A stretch of 64,000 nucleotides of DNA from an uncultured Alphaproteobacteria bacterium (GTDB lineage Bacteria; Pseudomonadota; Alphaproteobacteria; RF32; CAG-239): the NCBI GenBank assembly GCA_910584385.1, contig CAJUAK010000005.1, positions 58,870 through 122,869 on the forward strand, given 5' to 3'. The notes below the pieces were generated by a model. That model did no database searches. It saw nothing but the letters and a program-made list of their open reading frames with translations, and had not been told where the DNA came from. Below, piece by piece: positions 47,497 through 56,366 of this stretch (the first letter of the stretch is position 1; each line of letters opens with the position of its first letter). The translations under genes were made by a program, and so were the position numbers.

Positions 47497-48818
47497 TGCT
47501 TGCTGACGAGTTTATTGAAAAATTGTATGCGGCTTGTAAAAGTGAAAATATTGGCAAGTTTCAAATCAAATATTCATTTTCTGCCGAAGAATTTTTAAAT
47601 GTGTTTGACGGGCAGATTTCTTCGCGTGAAAATTCTCAAGAGCAGCTTTACCTTCTTGAAATATCTAAAAACGGGAAAGTCGGGCGTTTTGGCATTAGCT
47701 CTCCCGATGAAGGCGATATTCCTTTTATAATCTCTCAGGCAATGGAAAATGCATCGCTTATTGATGATGCCGATGAAAACTTTTTCTATGACGGGAAGGG
47801 GGAATATCCTAGGGTTTTGCCTTATGCGCCCTTGGCAGATAAGCTTAACAGCCTGAATAAAGAAGATTTTTTGCTTGCCGCAGAAAAACGCGCTTATCAG
47901 AATCCTTTAATTGACAAGGTTATCCGCTGCTCTTACAGCAGAAATTATGGGCGGTCGTCCATTTGTAATTCTTTAGGGCTAAAACAAAGCAAAGATTTTG
48001 ATTCTGCAAGTGCAGGCATATATTTATCGGCTAAAAAAGGCGATGTCGTCAAGACAGCCGGTGAATATGTTTTCTTTGACAAAGCAGAAGACTTTTCTGT
48101 TGAAAACTTTGTGGATAAAGCTGTTGAAAAAGCTGTGAAAAGATTAGAGACAATTAATAAAACTATTGAAAATCAATATGTTGTTTTGTCTCCTCGCGCA
48201 TTTTCCAGCTTGCTTCCCAAAATTGCATCTTTATTTTCTGCTAAAGCTGTTCAGGATAAAAAAAGCCGTTTATGCGGCAAATTAGGGCAAAAAATAGCGG
48301 CAGATAATGTTACTATTATCGACAATCCCTTGTTGGAAAAAGGCTTTGGAACAGCTGCCTATGACAGCGAAGGCATTCCGACCATATATAAAGAAGTTAT
48401 AAAAAACGGCATATTGCAAACGTATCTTTATAATCTGAAAACAGCTCATAAAGACGGTGTCAAATCTACAGGAAATGCTTCAGGAACAGGGATTGGCGTT
48501 GGAAATTTTTATCTTAAGCCTGGAGAAGCCAGCCAGCAAGCATTGTTAGACAAGGCGGGAAATTCTATTTGGATTGAAAGCTTAAACGGATTGCATGCCG
48601 GGTTTGATATTGTTTCAGGCGATTTTTCTTTTGGTGCAGAAGGTTTTGAGATAAGCCGGGGAAAAATCGGCGCAGCATTGGAACAATTTACAATTGCCGG
48701 CAATATTTATCAATTGCTGACGGATATTGTTATGGCTGGGGATGATTTAGAATTTTATGGTTCAAAATTTGGTTCACCATCTGTTTTAGTCAAAGGGTTA
48801 AAGGTTTCGGGAGAGTAA
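47496..48818 (+). CDS. pmbA: metalloprotease TldE/PmbA
   Basis: PmbA_TldD fold (GFDIVSGDFSFGAEGFEI). TAATG overlap with tldD. Confidence 0.85.
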   Translation: MLADEFIEKLYAACKSENIGKFQIKYSFSAEEFLNVFDGQISSRENSQEQLYLLEISKNGKVGRFGISSPDEGDIPFIISQAMENASLIDDADENFFYDGKGEYPRVLPYAPLADKLNSLNKEDFLLAAEKRAYQNPLIDKVIRCSYSRNYGRSSICNSLGLKQSKDFDSASAGIYLSAKKGDVVKTAGEYVFFDKAEDFSVENFVDKAVEKAVKRLETINKTIENQYVVLSPRAFSSLLPKIASLFSAKAVQDKKSRLCGKLGQKIAADNVTIIDNPLLEKGFGTAAYDSEGIPTIYKEVIKNGILQTYLYNLKTAHKDGVKSTGNASGTGIGVGNFYLKPGEASQQALLDKAGNSIWIESLNGLHAGFDIVSGDFSFGAEGFEISRGKIGAALEQFTIAGNIYQLLTDIVMAGDDLEFYGSKFGSPSVLVKGLKVSGE

Positions 48819-49108
48819 ATGGGCTCTCAGAACGCGCTCAGTGTTGTTTGCCATATAAATTCAGGCTGAGCGCTTTCTAAATGGCCGAAATCAGCTTATT
48901 AATTTTATTCGTTTTGCGAATATTATCTATAATATATATTATGCGACAAAAGTATATTATCACACAGGGCACTTCTTCTCTATGCTATTCAAGGGCTAAT
49001 GCGCTGTCCGCCTTTGTTTTCTTCTTAAAATCATGGTGCGCTTATAATTTTACGCCATTATAAAATATGACTTGCGACAGGATTGAATTTAATCTGTCAA
49101 TTTTGTTT

Positions 49109-49639
49109 CTAATCTTCTCTCGCAATATATTTAGGCGGTATAATTCCGCCCTTGATGACAAGCAAATAATATGGAACAACCGTAAATCTCAAGCCTAATT
49201 TTTCATCGCATGCTGACCAATCGACCGGAAATGTGCCTATTTCATCAACAGAATTTAACTTTACCAAGATTTCATCGCAATTTTGCAGTAAGTCCTTATC
49301 TAAATCTGGTTTGAGTGCCGGTGAAATATAAACGGCTTCAATCAGCCCGTCCCTTTGCAAGGCGTCTACATCTATTGAAAATAAATCGGCATTTTCAATA
49401 AAAGGCTTGAACATATTTATACTTTTTTCAGTCCATTTTATCGGCTCTGAAAATCCCCGAATGGCCCGACTGCGCCCTTCGAAGCAGTTTTCCATCCATT
49501 CAACTATTTTTTCATGTGTCGTTTCGCTGCCGGTTCTTTTATAATAATAACGTAAATCAGCTTGGGGATTGCATGCAAATGACAAGATGCCTTCCTGTAA
49601 AGCGGTATTTCCCTTTGATATGTAATGGTAAAGCTTCAT
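49109..49639 (-). CDS. hypothetical protein (176 aa, no recognisable domain)
   Basis: Long ORF with AGGAAG RBS. Flanked by AT-rich noncoding DNA on both sides. Confidence 0.5.
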   Translation of the reverse strand: MKLYHYISKGNTALQEGILSFACNPQADLRYYYKRTGSETTHEKIVEWMENCFEGRSRAIRGFSEPIKWTEKSINMFKPFIENADLFSIDVDALQRDGLIEAVYISPALKPDLDKDLLQNCDEILVKLNSVDEIGTFPVDWSACDEKLGLRFTVVPYYLLVIKGGIIPPKYIARED

Positions 49640-49659
49640 TTTTTCTTCCTGATTATAAA

Positions 49660-49690
49660 AAAATGGCTCGCTCCGGAGCCATTTTTCTGA
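49660..49690. terminator. bidirectional intrinsic terminator
   Basis: aaaaa-atggctc-gctccg-gagccat-ttttt. Confidence 0.55.
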
Positions 49691-49698
49691 TTATAAGC

Positions 49699-50037
49699 TT
49701 ATCCTCTGAAAATAACACGGACTAAATTTATAAAGTAAGCAATTGTTAAGAAAGCAAAAGCCATCATCAGCGTGCTTTCTATGCCAATGCTGCTGTTGTG
49801 CCAAACAAGCCACTGAACCAAAACTGCGTCAATCAATCCGCAGATTACCAAGCTGAGCCAATAGCGCTTGCCGGTTGCAACAAAGGTAAAAATCAAAGCC
49901 GGAACGGCAATCCATACATTGCGCATCAAGCGGATTGTCTTATCCACGAAGTTAATGATTTGAGGAATGTTTAGGATATAACCGGCCAAAATAACACAAA
50001 TGGCTACGGCCAAGATTAAAAAATAAGTTTTTTTCAT
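49699..50037 (-). CDS. small 4-TM membrane protein
   Basis: Hydrophobicity pattern only. 4-nt overlap with the upstream HD gene. Confidence 0.5.
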   Translation of the reverse strand: MKKTYFLILAVAICVILAGYILNIPQIINFVDKTIRLMRNVWIAVPALIFTFVATGKRYWLSLVICGLIDAVLVQWLVWHNSSIGIESTLMMAFAFLTIAYFINLVRVIFRG

Positions 50038-50570
50038 TTTATTTTCCTTTCTGTTAAATTATCTAAAACTTCAAGAATCAAAGGATGCTGCTTGGCATGA
50101 TATAACCAGTTTCGGCAATTTCCAAGAAATTCGGGAATTAATTGCACAGGAGAACGCTGATTTTTATCATAATAGGCTGCCTGCATAACACATTCAATTT
50201 TATCAAGGCCTTTAACAAAGCGCGCTTCAGGCGTGATTTGCGCTTCAAATTCATTAAAGAGCTCTAAAAATTCTGAATTACCCAGCTCCCTGCTCAACCT
50301 TTGCGCAGCTTCCCTTTCCAACCGGGGCTTGTCAGCCAGGTTTGCATCGCAAGGCGTTATGTCTCCGGCATAAATTTCTTGCAAATCATGAACAATGGCT
50401 AATTTTAAACATTTTTCCTTATCCAAATTATCCGGCGTAAGCAAAAATGCCAGCAGTGCAACGCCAAAGCTGTGATCTGCAACAGATTCCGGAGAAGAAA
50501 CATTCCTTTTACACCATCCGGAGCGTTTTAAATCTTTAAATTTTCCGATAATATCAATAAGTTGTTCCAT
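50034..50570 (-). CDS. HD-domain phosphohydrolase (YfbR-like)
   Basis: ADHSFGVALLAFLL (H..D) and AIVHDLQEIYAGDI motifs. Confidence 0.8.
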   Translation of the reverse strand: MEQLIDIIGKFKDLKRSGWCKRNVSSPESVADHSFGVALLAFLLTPDNLDKEKCLKLAIVHDLQEIYAGDITPCDANLADKPRLEREAAQRLSRELGNSEFLELFNEFEAQITPEARFVKGLDKIECVMQAAYYDKNQRSPVQLIPEFLGNCRNWLYHAKQHPLILEVLDNLTERKIK

Positions 50571-52144
50571 TATAATGACGCCTTTATTAATTCCCGGGTA
50601 TATTTTTCCTTGGGATGCTCAAAAACTTCATCTGCCGGCGCTTTTTCAATAAAATGCCCGTCTTTCATAACAGCAATAGTATCGGAAAGTGATTTTATGG
50701 CCTGCATATTATGGGATATGAAAACATAAGCAATATTTCTTTCCTTTTGAATTTGCTGCAATAATTTTAAAATCTGTATTTGAATGGTTACATCCAGCGC
50801 TGATGTTGGTTCGTCCAGTATTAAAATTTCAGGTTCAACAATCAAGGCTCTTGCAATGGCAATCCGCTGCCTTTGTCCGCCGGAAAATTCATGGGGATAT
50901 TTATTGACCGTTTCATTAGACAGCCCGACTTCTTTCAACACTTTCATTATCTTTTCCAGGCGTTCCTTTTCCGTTAAATCCGGAAAATGCACCAGCAGCC
51001 CCTCGCCTATGATTTCAGCAGCGCTCATCCTCGGATTTAAAGAGTTAAACGGATCCTGGAATACAATTTGAACTTTTCTTCTTAGCTCTTTGTTTTTGTT
51101 GTTATATTTTATTTCCTTCCCTTTTAGGAATATCTTCCCCTCATAGGGTATCAGGCGGCTTACGGCCAAAGCCAATGTGCTTTTTCCGGAACCGGATTCA
51201 CCGACTATTCCCAGAGTTTGCCCTCTGTTAAGCGAAAAAGACACCTTATTAACGGCGGTGAAAAAAGTCTTGGGTTTTCCCCAAAAATTAAATGAAGTTG
51301 GAAATTTTACGCTTAAATTTTTAACTTCCAAAACAATCTCATTATTTTCTTTCTTTACATTTTTCAAAGGATTAAATGACGATATTAATTCTTTAGTGTA
51401 ATTATTTTCAGGAGAGGAGAAAATATTACCGGTGGTGCCGCTTTCTATTAATTTCCCATTCTTCATAACTATTATTTTATCAGCAATCTTTTTGACTAAT
51501 TGCAAATCATGGCTGATAAAAATAATTGCCATTCCCATTTTCTTTTGTAAATTTATAAGCAAATCAACAACTTGCGCTTGTATTGTAACATCGAGCGCCG
51601 TGGTGGGTTCATCAGCAATCAAAATCTCCGGTTTGTTGGCAATGGCCATTGCAATCATTACCCTTTGCCTTTGTCCGCCGGAAAGCTGGTGCGGATAAGC
51701 ATCCATCTTTTGCCTGGCATTTGGAATTCCGGTTAATTTTAATAAATTAAGCGTTTCTTTTTGCGCCGCTTCTTTGCTTAGATTTTGGTGCTGCATAATC
51801 ATTTCTGCAATTTGCCGCCCTATTTTATGCAAAGGGTTAAGCGAAGATAACGGCTCTTGAAAAATAAACGATATTTTACTGCCTCGGAGTTTGGGAAGCC
51901 GGCTGTTGTTAATCAGTTCTTCGCCATGAAATTTAATGGAGCTTTGGGGCGAATGAAAAGCTTTCGGATAAGGAAGCAACCCTAAAATTGAAAGGGCCGT
52001 AACGGATTTTCCGGAGCCGGATTCACCGACTATTCCTAAAATTTCCCCTTTTTTTAAGGTGAAAGATATATTCTCAGCTGCCAGAAATTTTTCACCATTC
52101 TGGTTAAAGCCAACCGTTAAATCTTTTACTTCCAACAAATCCAT
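50570..52144 (-). CDS. yejF: ABC transporter ATP-binding protein with two fused ATPase domains (YejF-like)
   Basis: Two Walker A sites (GESGSGKS twice), two LSGGQRQR signatures and two Walker B sites. 524 aa. Confidence 0.9.
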   Translation of the reverse strand: MDLLEVKDLTVGFNQNGEKFLAAENISFTLKKGEILGIVGESGSGKSVTALSILGLLPYPKAFHSPQSSIKFHGEELINNSRLPKLRGSKISFIFQEPLSSLNPLHKIGRQIAEMIMQHQNLSKEAAQKETLNLLKLTGIPNARQKMDAYPHQLSGGQRQRVMIAMAIANKPEILIADEPTTALDVTIQAQVVDLLINLQKKMGMAIIFISHDLQLVKKIADKIIVMKNGKLIESGTTGNIFSSPENNYTKELISSFNPLKNVKKENNEIVLEVKNLSVKFPTSFNFWGKPKTFFTAVNKVSFSLNRGQTLGIVGESGSGKSTLALAVSRLIPYEGKIFLKGKEIKYNNKNKELRRKVQIVFQDPFNSLNPRMSAAEIIGEGLLVHFPDLTEKERLEKIMKVLKEVGLSNETVNKYPHEFSGGQRQRIAIARALIVEPEILILDEPTSALDVTIQIQILKLLQQIQKERNIAYVFISHNMQAIKSLSDTIAVMKDGHFIEKAPADEVFEHPKEKYTRELIKASL

Positions 52145-53190
52145 TATGCGTTCTTTCTACTGTCAAAAGCGTCGCGCACGCCTTCTCCGATAAAAATTAA
52201 TAAGGAAAGCAGGCTGGAAAGCACAATAAATATTGTTATTCCAATCCATGGCGCTTGCAAATTATCCTTGCCCTGCCGGACTAAATCTCCAAGCGACGGA
52301 TAATCATGCGGCAGTCCTAAGCCCAAAAAATCTAACGCGGTCAATGCAACAATCGCCTCTGAAAGGATAAAAGGGAGAAAGCTCAGCGCTGCGGTAACGG
52401 CATTGGGGAGAATATGCTTATATATAATTCTGAAATCGCTTACGCCAAGGGCTTTGGCGGCCATGACAAATTCAAAATTGCGTGTTCTCAAAAATTCTGC
52501 GCGAACCACGCCGGTCAGGTTCATCCATGAGAAAAAAAGCAGGATTATAAGCAGGCTCCAAAATCCGGGAACAAATATGCTGGCAACAATAATTAAGATA
52601 AACAGCTGCGGCAAAGATTCCCAAATTTCCATAAAACGCTGAAAGAAAATATCTATTTTTCCGCCGAAATAGCCCTGCACTGCCCCAGCGAAAATACCAA
52701 TAACCGAAGAGAAAAATGTAAGCGTAAAAGCAAAAAATATTGATAGGCGCAGGCCGTATAAAATCCGGGCAAGGATATCCCTTCCCTCATCATCCGTCCC
52801 AAGCCAGTGTTTTGCATCAGGTGCCGCCGGGGCCGGTTCTTCAAGCTCGTAATCTACCGTATTAAAGGAAAAAGGGATAAGCGGCATAACCATCCAGCCG
52901 TTTTCATTTATATTTTGTTGCAAAAAGGCATCTTTATAATCGGCGGCGGTTGGAAAATCCCCTCCGAAATCCTTATCCGTATAGGTTTGAAAAAGCGGAT
53001 AATAAAAGCTTCCCTTATATCTGACCAGCAACGGCTTATCATTTGCCAGAAATTCGGCCAAAAGCGTTAAAAGAAAAACAATTAAAAAAATAATCAAAGA
53101 ATAAGCCGCGCGCTTATTCTGCCAAAAGGCAAACAAGCGCCTTTGGTTAAGAGGAGACAGCCGCTTAAACACCTTATTGAGGCATTTCAT
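52144..53190 (-). CDS. yejE: ABC transporter permease, YejE-like (OppC family)
   Basis: N-terminus LSPLNQRRLFAFWQNKRAAYSLIIFLIVFLLTLLAEFLANDKPLLVRYKGSFYYP is near-collinear with E. coli YejE. Confidence 0.85.
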   Translation of the reverse strand: MKCLNKVFKRLSPLNQRRLFAFWQNKRAAYSLIIFLIVFLLTLLAEFLANDKPLLVRYKGSFYYPLFQTYTDKDFGGDFPTAADYKDAFLQQNINENGWMVMPLIPFSFNTVDYELEEPAPAAPDAKHWLGTDDEGRDILARILYGLRLSIFFAFTLTFFSSVIGIFAGAVQGYFGGKIDIFFQRFMEIWESLPQLFILIIVASIFVPGFWSLLIILLFFSWMNLTGVVRAEFLRTRNFEFVMAAKALGVSDFRIIYKHILPNAVTAALSFLPFILSEAIVALTALDFLGLGLPHDYPSLGDLVRQGKDNLQAPWIGITIFIVLSSLLSLLIFIGEGVRDAFDSRKNA

Positions 53191-55447
53191 CTGGTTTCAC
53201 CTCAATCGGGGTTGGAGAAGCTATTGTTATTTCCTGCGGCGTTTCAATGACTTCTGTTTCGGGCTCGGCCTCCTCTTCTGCGCTGACAGGCACAGGCTTG
53301 ATTTCCTTTACTTCTTCAGTCGGGCTGGCTGTTATTTCCTCTATTTTATTGCCCTCTATTACTTTTACGGAAACTTCAGGTTCAATTTCTTCTGCTTCTT
53401 CCGTGTTAACGGCTTCAGAAAAGGCTTTTATTTCTTTTTCCATATCTTTCTGCCCTTCTTCCGTTAAGGTTGGTTTTCCATTGAAGAAATTATCAATAGT
53501 TTCTTTCTTAATTTTTTCAAAGCTGTTTTGTTGAAGCTCTTTTAATTTTATATCTGATGCCGGATTTTTTTGAACCCATTCTTCATACCATTTTTGAAAA
53601 GGTGCCACAGATAAAGCCAGATTTTCTTTTTTTATCGTTTCCGCTTTAATTTGGCTCAATAACTGCCCTTTGGCCAAATCGTGCAGATTAAGCTCTTTTA
53701 GTTCGGCACATTGCGGGGCTTTGAACAGATATTCTTTTATTATATTTGAAGCCAGGCAAAGCTTGTCATTGATTTCGCTTTCTTTTTTGAACGGATCGCG
53801 AATTGCTAAAAGCGCCTGGTTGTTGTTTTTAAAGTTTTCAATAAAATCATCATCGTTTCTTATGCCCAGCCTGTTGTTTCGGCTATTTAAACTCTGCAAA
53901 ACAATAACGCTTTTATCCAAAATTCCTTCTTGTTGCAGCTTTTGCAAAAACTCTTGCAATTTTCCATACAGGCAGCTGACCTGCTGGTTGTATGCCTTCA
54001 CCAAGTGGTTCATATCCTGCTGTTTCACCCAATCCTGGTCTTGCTGGTATACCCACTCTCTGGCGGGTTTGACGTGGCAGAATTCATCATAAATATATGC
54101 GTTAGAAGGCATATCCACAAAAGCAAAAAAGGCGTGGCTGCTTTTGTCTTTTTCAATATCTTCGGCGATAATATCCAGTGTTTTTAAGGAATTGACCACA
54201 TAAAAGTTATTTGTTGAATACCCGAGAAGCGGCGTTTCTTTTACTTTAACAAAAGGCTTTAACCCTTCGTAAACAAACCCTAAATTAGTAAACAGCCCGC
54301 TGCTTTCCAGCCATTCTGCCACTAAAAATTCCGTTTTTGCAAATGGCGAAAGATTTAAAGCATCCAGATTAATCGGCAAATTTTGTTTTTTTACGCATTT
54401 GTTTATGCTGTCCAACTGGTTCGAGCATAGTTCCAAACCTCTGGACTGATAAACGCTTATATTATATTTCGCCTTTTTGAAACTGTTAAATAACTGATTG
54501 TTTTTTAGGTATAAATATTGGTTTGATAGATCATCAAAATTCCAGAGGCTGTTTAATGAAACCAAATTGAGCAGATTATTTCCAATATCTTCGGGCAATG
54601 TTCCGGGATTTAACGTTTGAACAATATTTAAAAACGGGTTTTCTTCACGCACATAAGCATTCGGATATAACACAAACCTGTTCAGGCTGTAAAATCCTAA
54701 CTGGTTCTTATGGCTCTGCTCTATTTGCGCCAAGGTTTCGCCCGTTAAAAATTTATTATTAGCCCATGCATCGGATTGGTTTAAGGTTCCTAATTCAGGC
54801 AAGCCGATGTAAATGAAATATTTTGCGTTGCTGTTGGCAATGGCTTGCGGCTTTGTCTGATGGGTAACCCGGAAGTCTTTTCCATTTTTTTGAGCCGAAA
54901 AATAAGTGTCTGTTCCCACGCCAATGCCTATCAACAGCAAAATTCCCGTAAAATAAGCCTGCGTGGCGCGCGATGAAAAGCTCAACAGGCCGAATAAAAC
55001 AATGGCAAGGGCACCAATAACAATATAATGCGAGCCATGCATAAACAAATTTCCGGTATCTGCGCCAAAATAATTGCTTATCAGCCCATAAAGCATTGCA
55101 TCTTTATTAAACAAGGCAAATTGATTTAAAAATGCCAAAGCAATGCATGAAAACAACAGCGTTACGATTAAATTCTGCAAAGAATATGAAAATGAGAACA
55201 GAAAAATTATGGATACAGAAAAGATGGAAATGCCTGCCAAGACATATAAGAATTCCGGAGAAATCTGGTGATTTTCCTGAAAAATGCCATAGCTTCCCGC
55301 ATTTGCAAATAAAATGAAGTCTATTGACAGCAGGGAAATGATTATCAAGCTTTTGCATACTAAATTAAACAGAAATCCGCTCCATGGGCGGGGTGCGGAT
55401 TTTTTCTTGCTCTTTCCGCGTTTTTCACTCAGATATATATCCTGCAT
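53174..55447 (-). CDS. large polytopic membrane protein of unknown function with C-terminal Pro/Glu-rich low-complexity tail
   Basis: 757 aa. About 5 N-terminal TM helices, an approximately 450-aa extracytoplasmic domain with no motif I recognise, and a tail EEAEEIEPEVS...PTPIEVKPDEMPQ. 17-nt overlap with yejE. Confidence 0.6.
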   Translation of the reverse strand: MQDIYLSEKRGKSKKKSAPRPWSGFLFNLVCKSLIIISLLSIDFILFANAGSYGIFQENHQISPEFLYVLAGISIFSVSIIFLFSFSYSLQNLIVTLLFSCIALAFLNQFALFNKDAMLYGLISNYFGADTGNLFMHGSHYIVIGALAIVLFGLLSFSSRATQAYFTGILLLIGIGVGTDTYFSAQKNGKDFRVTHQTKPQAIANSNAKYFIYIGLPELGTLNQSDAWANNKFLTGETLAQIEQSHKNQLGFYSLNRFVLYPNAYVREENPFLNIVQTLNPGTLPEDIGNNLLNLVSLNSLWNFDDLSNQYLYLKNNQLFNSFKKAKYNISVYQSRGLELCSNQLDSINKCVKKQNLPINLDALNLSPFAKTEFLVAEWLESSGLFTNLGFVYEGLKPFVKVKETPLLGYSTNNFYVVNSLKTLDIIAEDIEKDKSSHAFFAFVDMPSNAYIYDEFCHVKPAREWVYQQDQDWVKQQDMNHLVKAYNQQVSCLYGKLQEFLQKLQQEGILDKSVIVLQSLNSRNNRLGIRNDDDFIENFKNNNQALLAIRDPFKKESEINDKLCLASNIIKEYLFKAPQCAELKELNLHDLAKGQLLSQIKAETIKKENLALSVAPFQKWYEEWVQKNPASDIKLKELQQNSFEKIKKETIDNFFNGKPTLTEEGQKDMEKEIKAFSEAVNTEEAEEIEPEVSVKVIEGNKIEEITASPTEEVKEIKPVPVSAEEEAEPETEVIETPQEITIASPTPIEVKPDEMPQ

Positions 55448-55512
55448 GAGCTATCTTTCAATTATAAATTAGGCCTGTTCATATATAAGCATAGTTTATT
55501 TTACATTTAAAG

Positions 55513-55550
55513 CAAAAATCCCCGGCTGTTGCATAACTGCCGGGGATTTT
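55513..55550. terminator. bidirectional intrinsic terminator downstream of rpsD
   Basis: aaaaa-tccccggc-tgttgcataact-gccgggga-tttt. Confidence 0.65.
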
Positions 55551-55565
55551 CTGAATTTTTCCAGA

Positions 55566-56177
55566 TTATCTGGAGTAGAATTCGATAACCAGATTCGGTT
55601 CCATAACAGAAGCGTAAGGAACATCATCGAATTTCGGAACAAATGTGTATTTAGAAGTTAATTTTTTGGTATCTACTTCCAAATAGCCCGGAATGTCATG
55701 AACGCTGGATTCAACAGCGGCAACAACCATCGGCATTTGTTTTGATTTTTCGCGAACTTCAATAACATCGCCAACTTTAACCATGTAAGAAGGAATATTT
55801 ACCTTCTTGCCGTTAACCAAGACATGTCCGTGGTTAACAAATTGGCGGGATGCAAAAATAGTCGGTACAAATTTTGATTTGTATACCAAATTATCCAAAC
55901 GAGATTCCAAAATGCCGATTAAGTTTTCAGCAGCATCGCCTGAACGGCGGATTGCTTCGGCATAATATTTGCGGAATTGTTTTTCAGAAACATTGCCATA
56001 GTAAGTTTTCAACTTTTGTTTGGCATGCAATTGCTCACCGTAGTCTGTCGGTTTTTTTCTTCTTTGTCCGTGCTGTCCGGGAGCATATTCCCTTCTGGCA
56101 ACAGAACTGTTCGGGTTGCCCCAAATCACGCCATATTGGCGTTCTTTTTTCTTCTTTGCAGAAACAATACTCTTCAT
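55566..56177 (-). CDS. rpsD: 30S ribosomal protein S4
   Basis: [42 protein letters not shown] plus the S4 RNA-binding domain. Confidence 0.95.
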   Translation of the reverse strand: MKSIVSAKKKKERQYGVIWGNPNSSVARREYAPGQHGQRRKKPTDYGEQLHAKQKLKTYYGNVSEKQFRKYYAEAIRRSGDAAENLIGILESRLDNLVYKSKFVPTIFASRQFVNHGHVLVNGKKVNIPSYMVKVGDVIEVREKSKQMPMVVAAVESSVHDIPGYLEVDTKKLTSKYTFVPKFDDVPYASVMEPNLVIEFYSR

Positions 56178-56366
56178 TATTTTATCCTTTAATCAGGTTT
56201 AACATTATTGTCCCGGTAGTTTCGTTAATGCGAACGGGGCTTTTTTGCCCTCTTTCCCGGAAGTAAATCGTAATCTATAATAAATAAAAAACAAATGCAA
56301 GCAAAAAATTACTGGATTTTTCAATTGTTTCCCGTTAAAATCTGCTGTGATAAACGGAGCTTATGG

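Noticed and set aside
48881-49063. 60-aa hydrophobic ORF in the tldE-downstream gap
   Set aside because: It has no ribosome-binding site and no recognisable family. It is kept only as a low-interest note in the findings.
53177-53534. Two plus-strand ORFs (53177-53467 and 53247-53534) opposite the Pro/Glu-rich tail of the large membrane protein
   Set aside because: They are antisense to a repetitive, GAA/GAG-rich region. Their low-complexity Phe/Ser-rich translations are typical of shadows.
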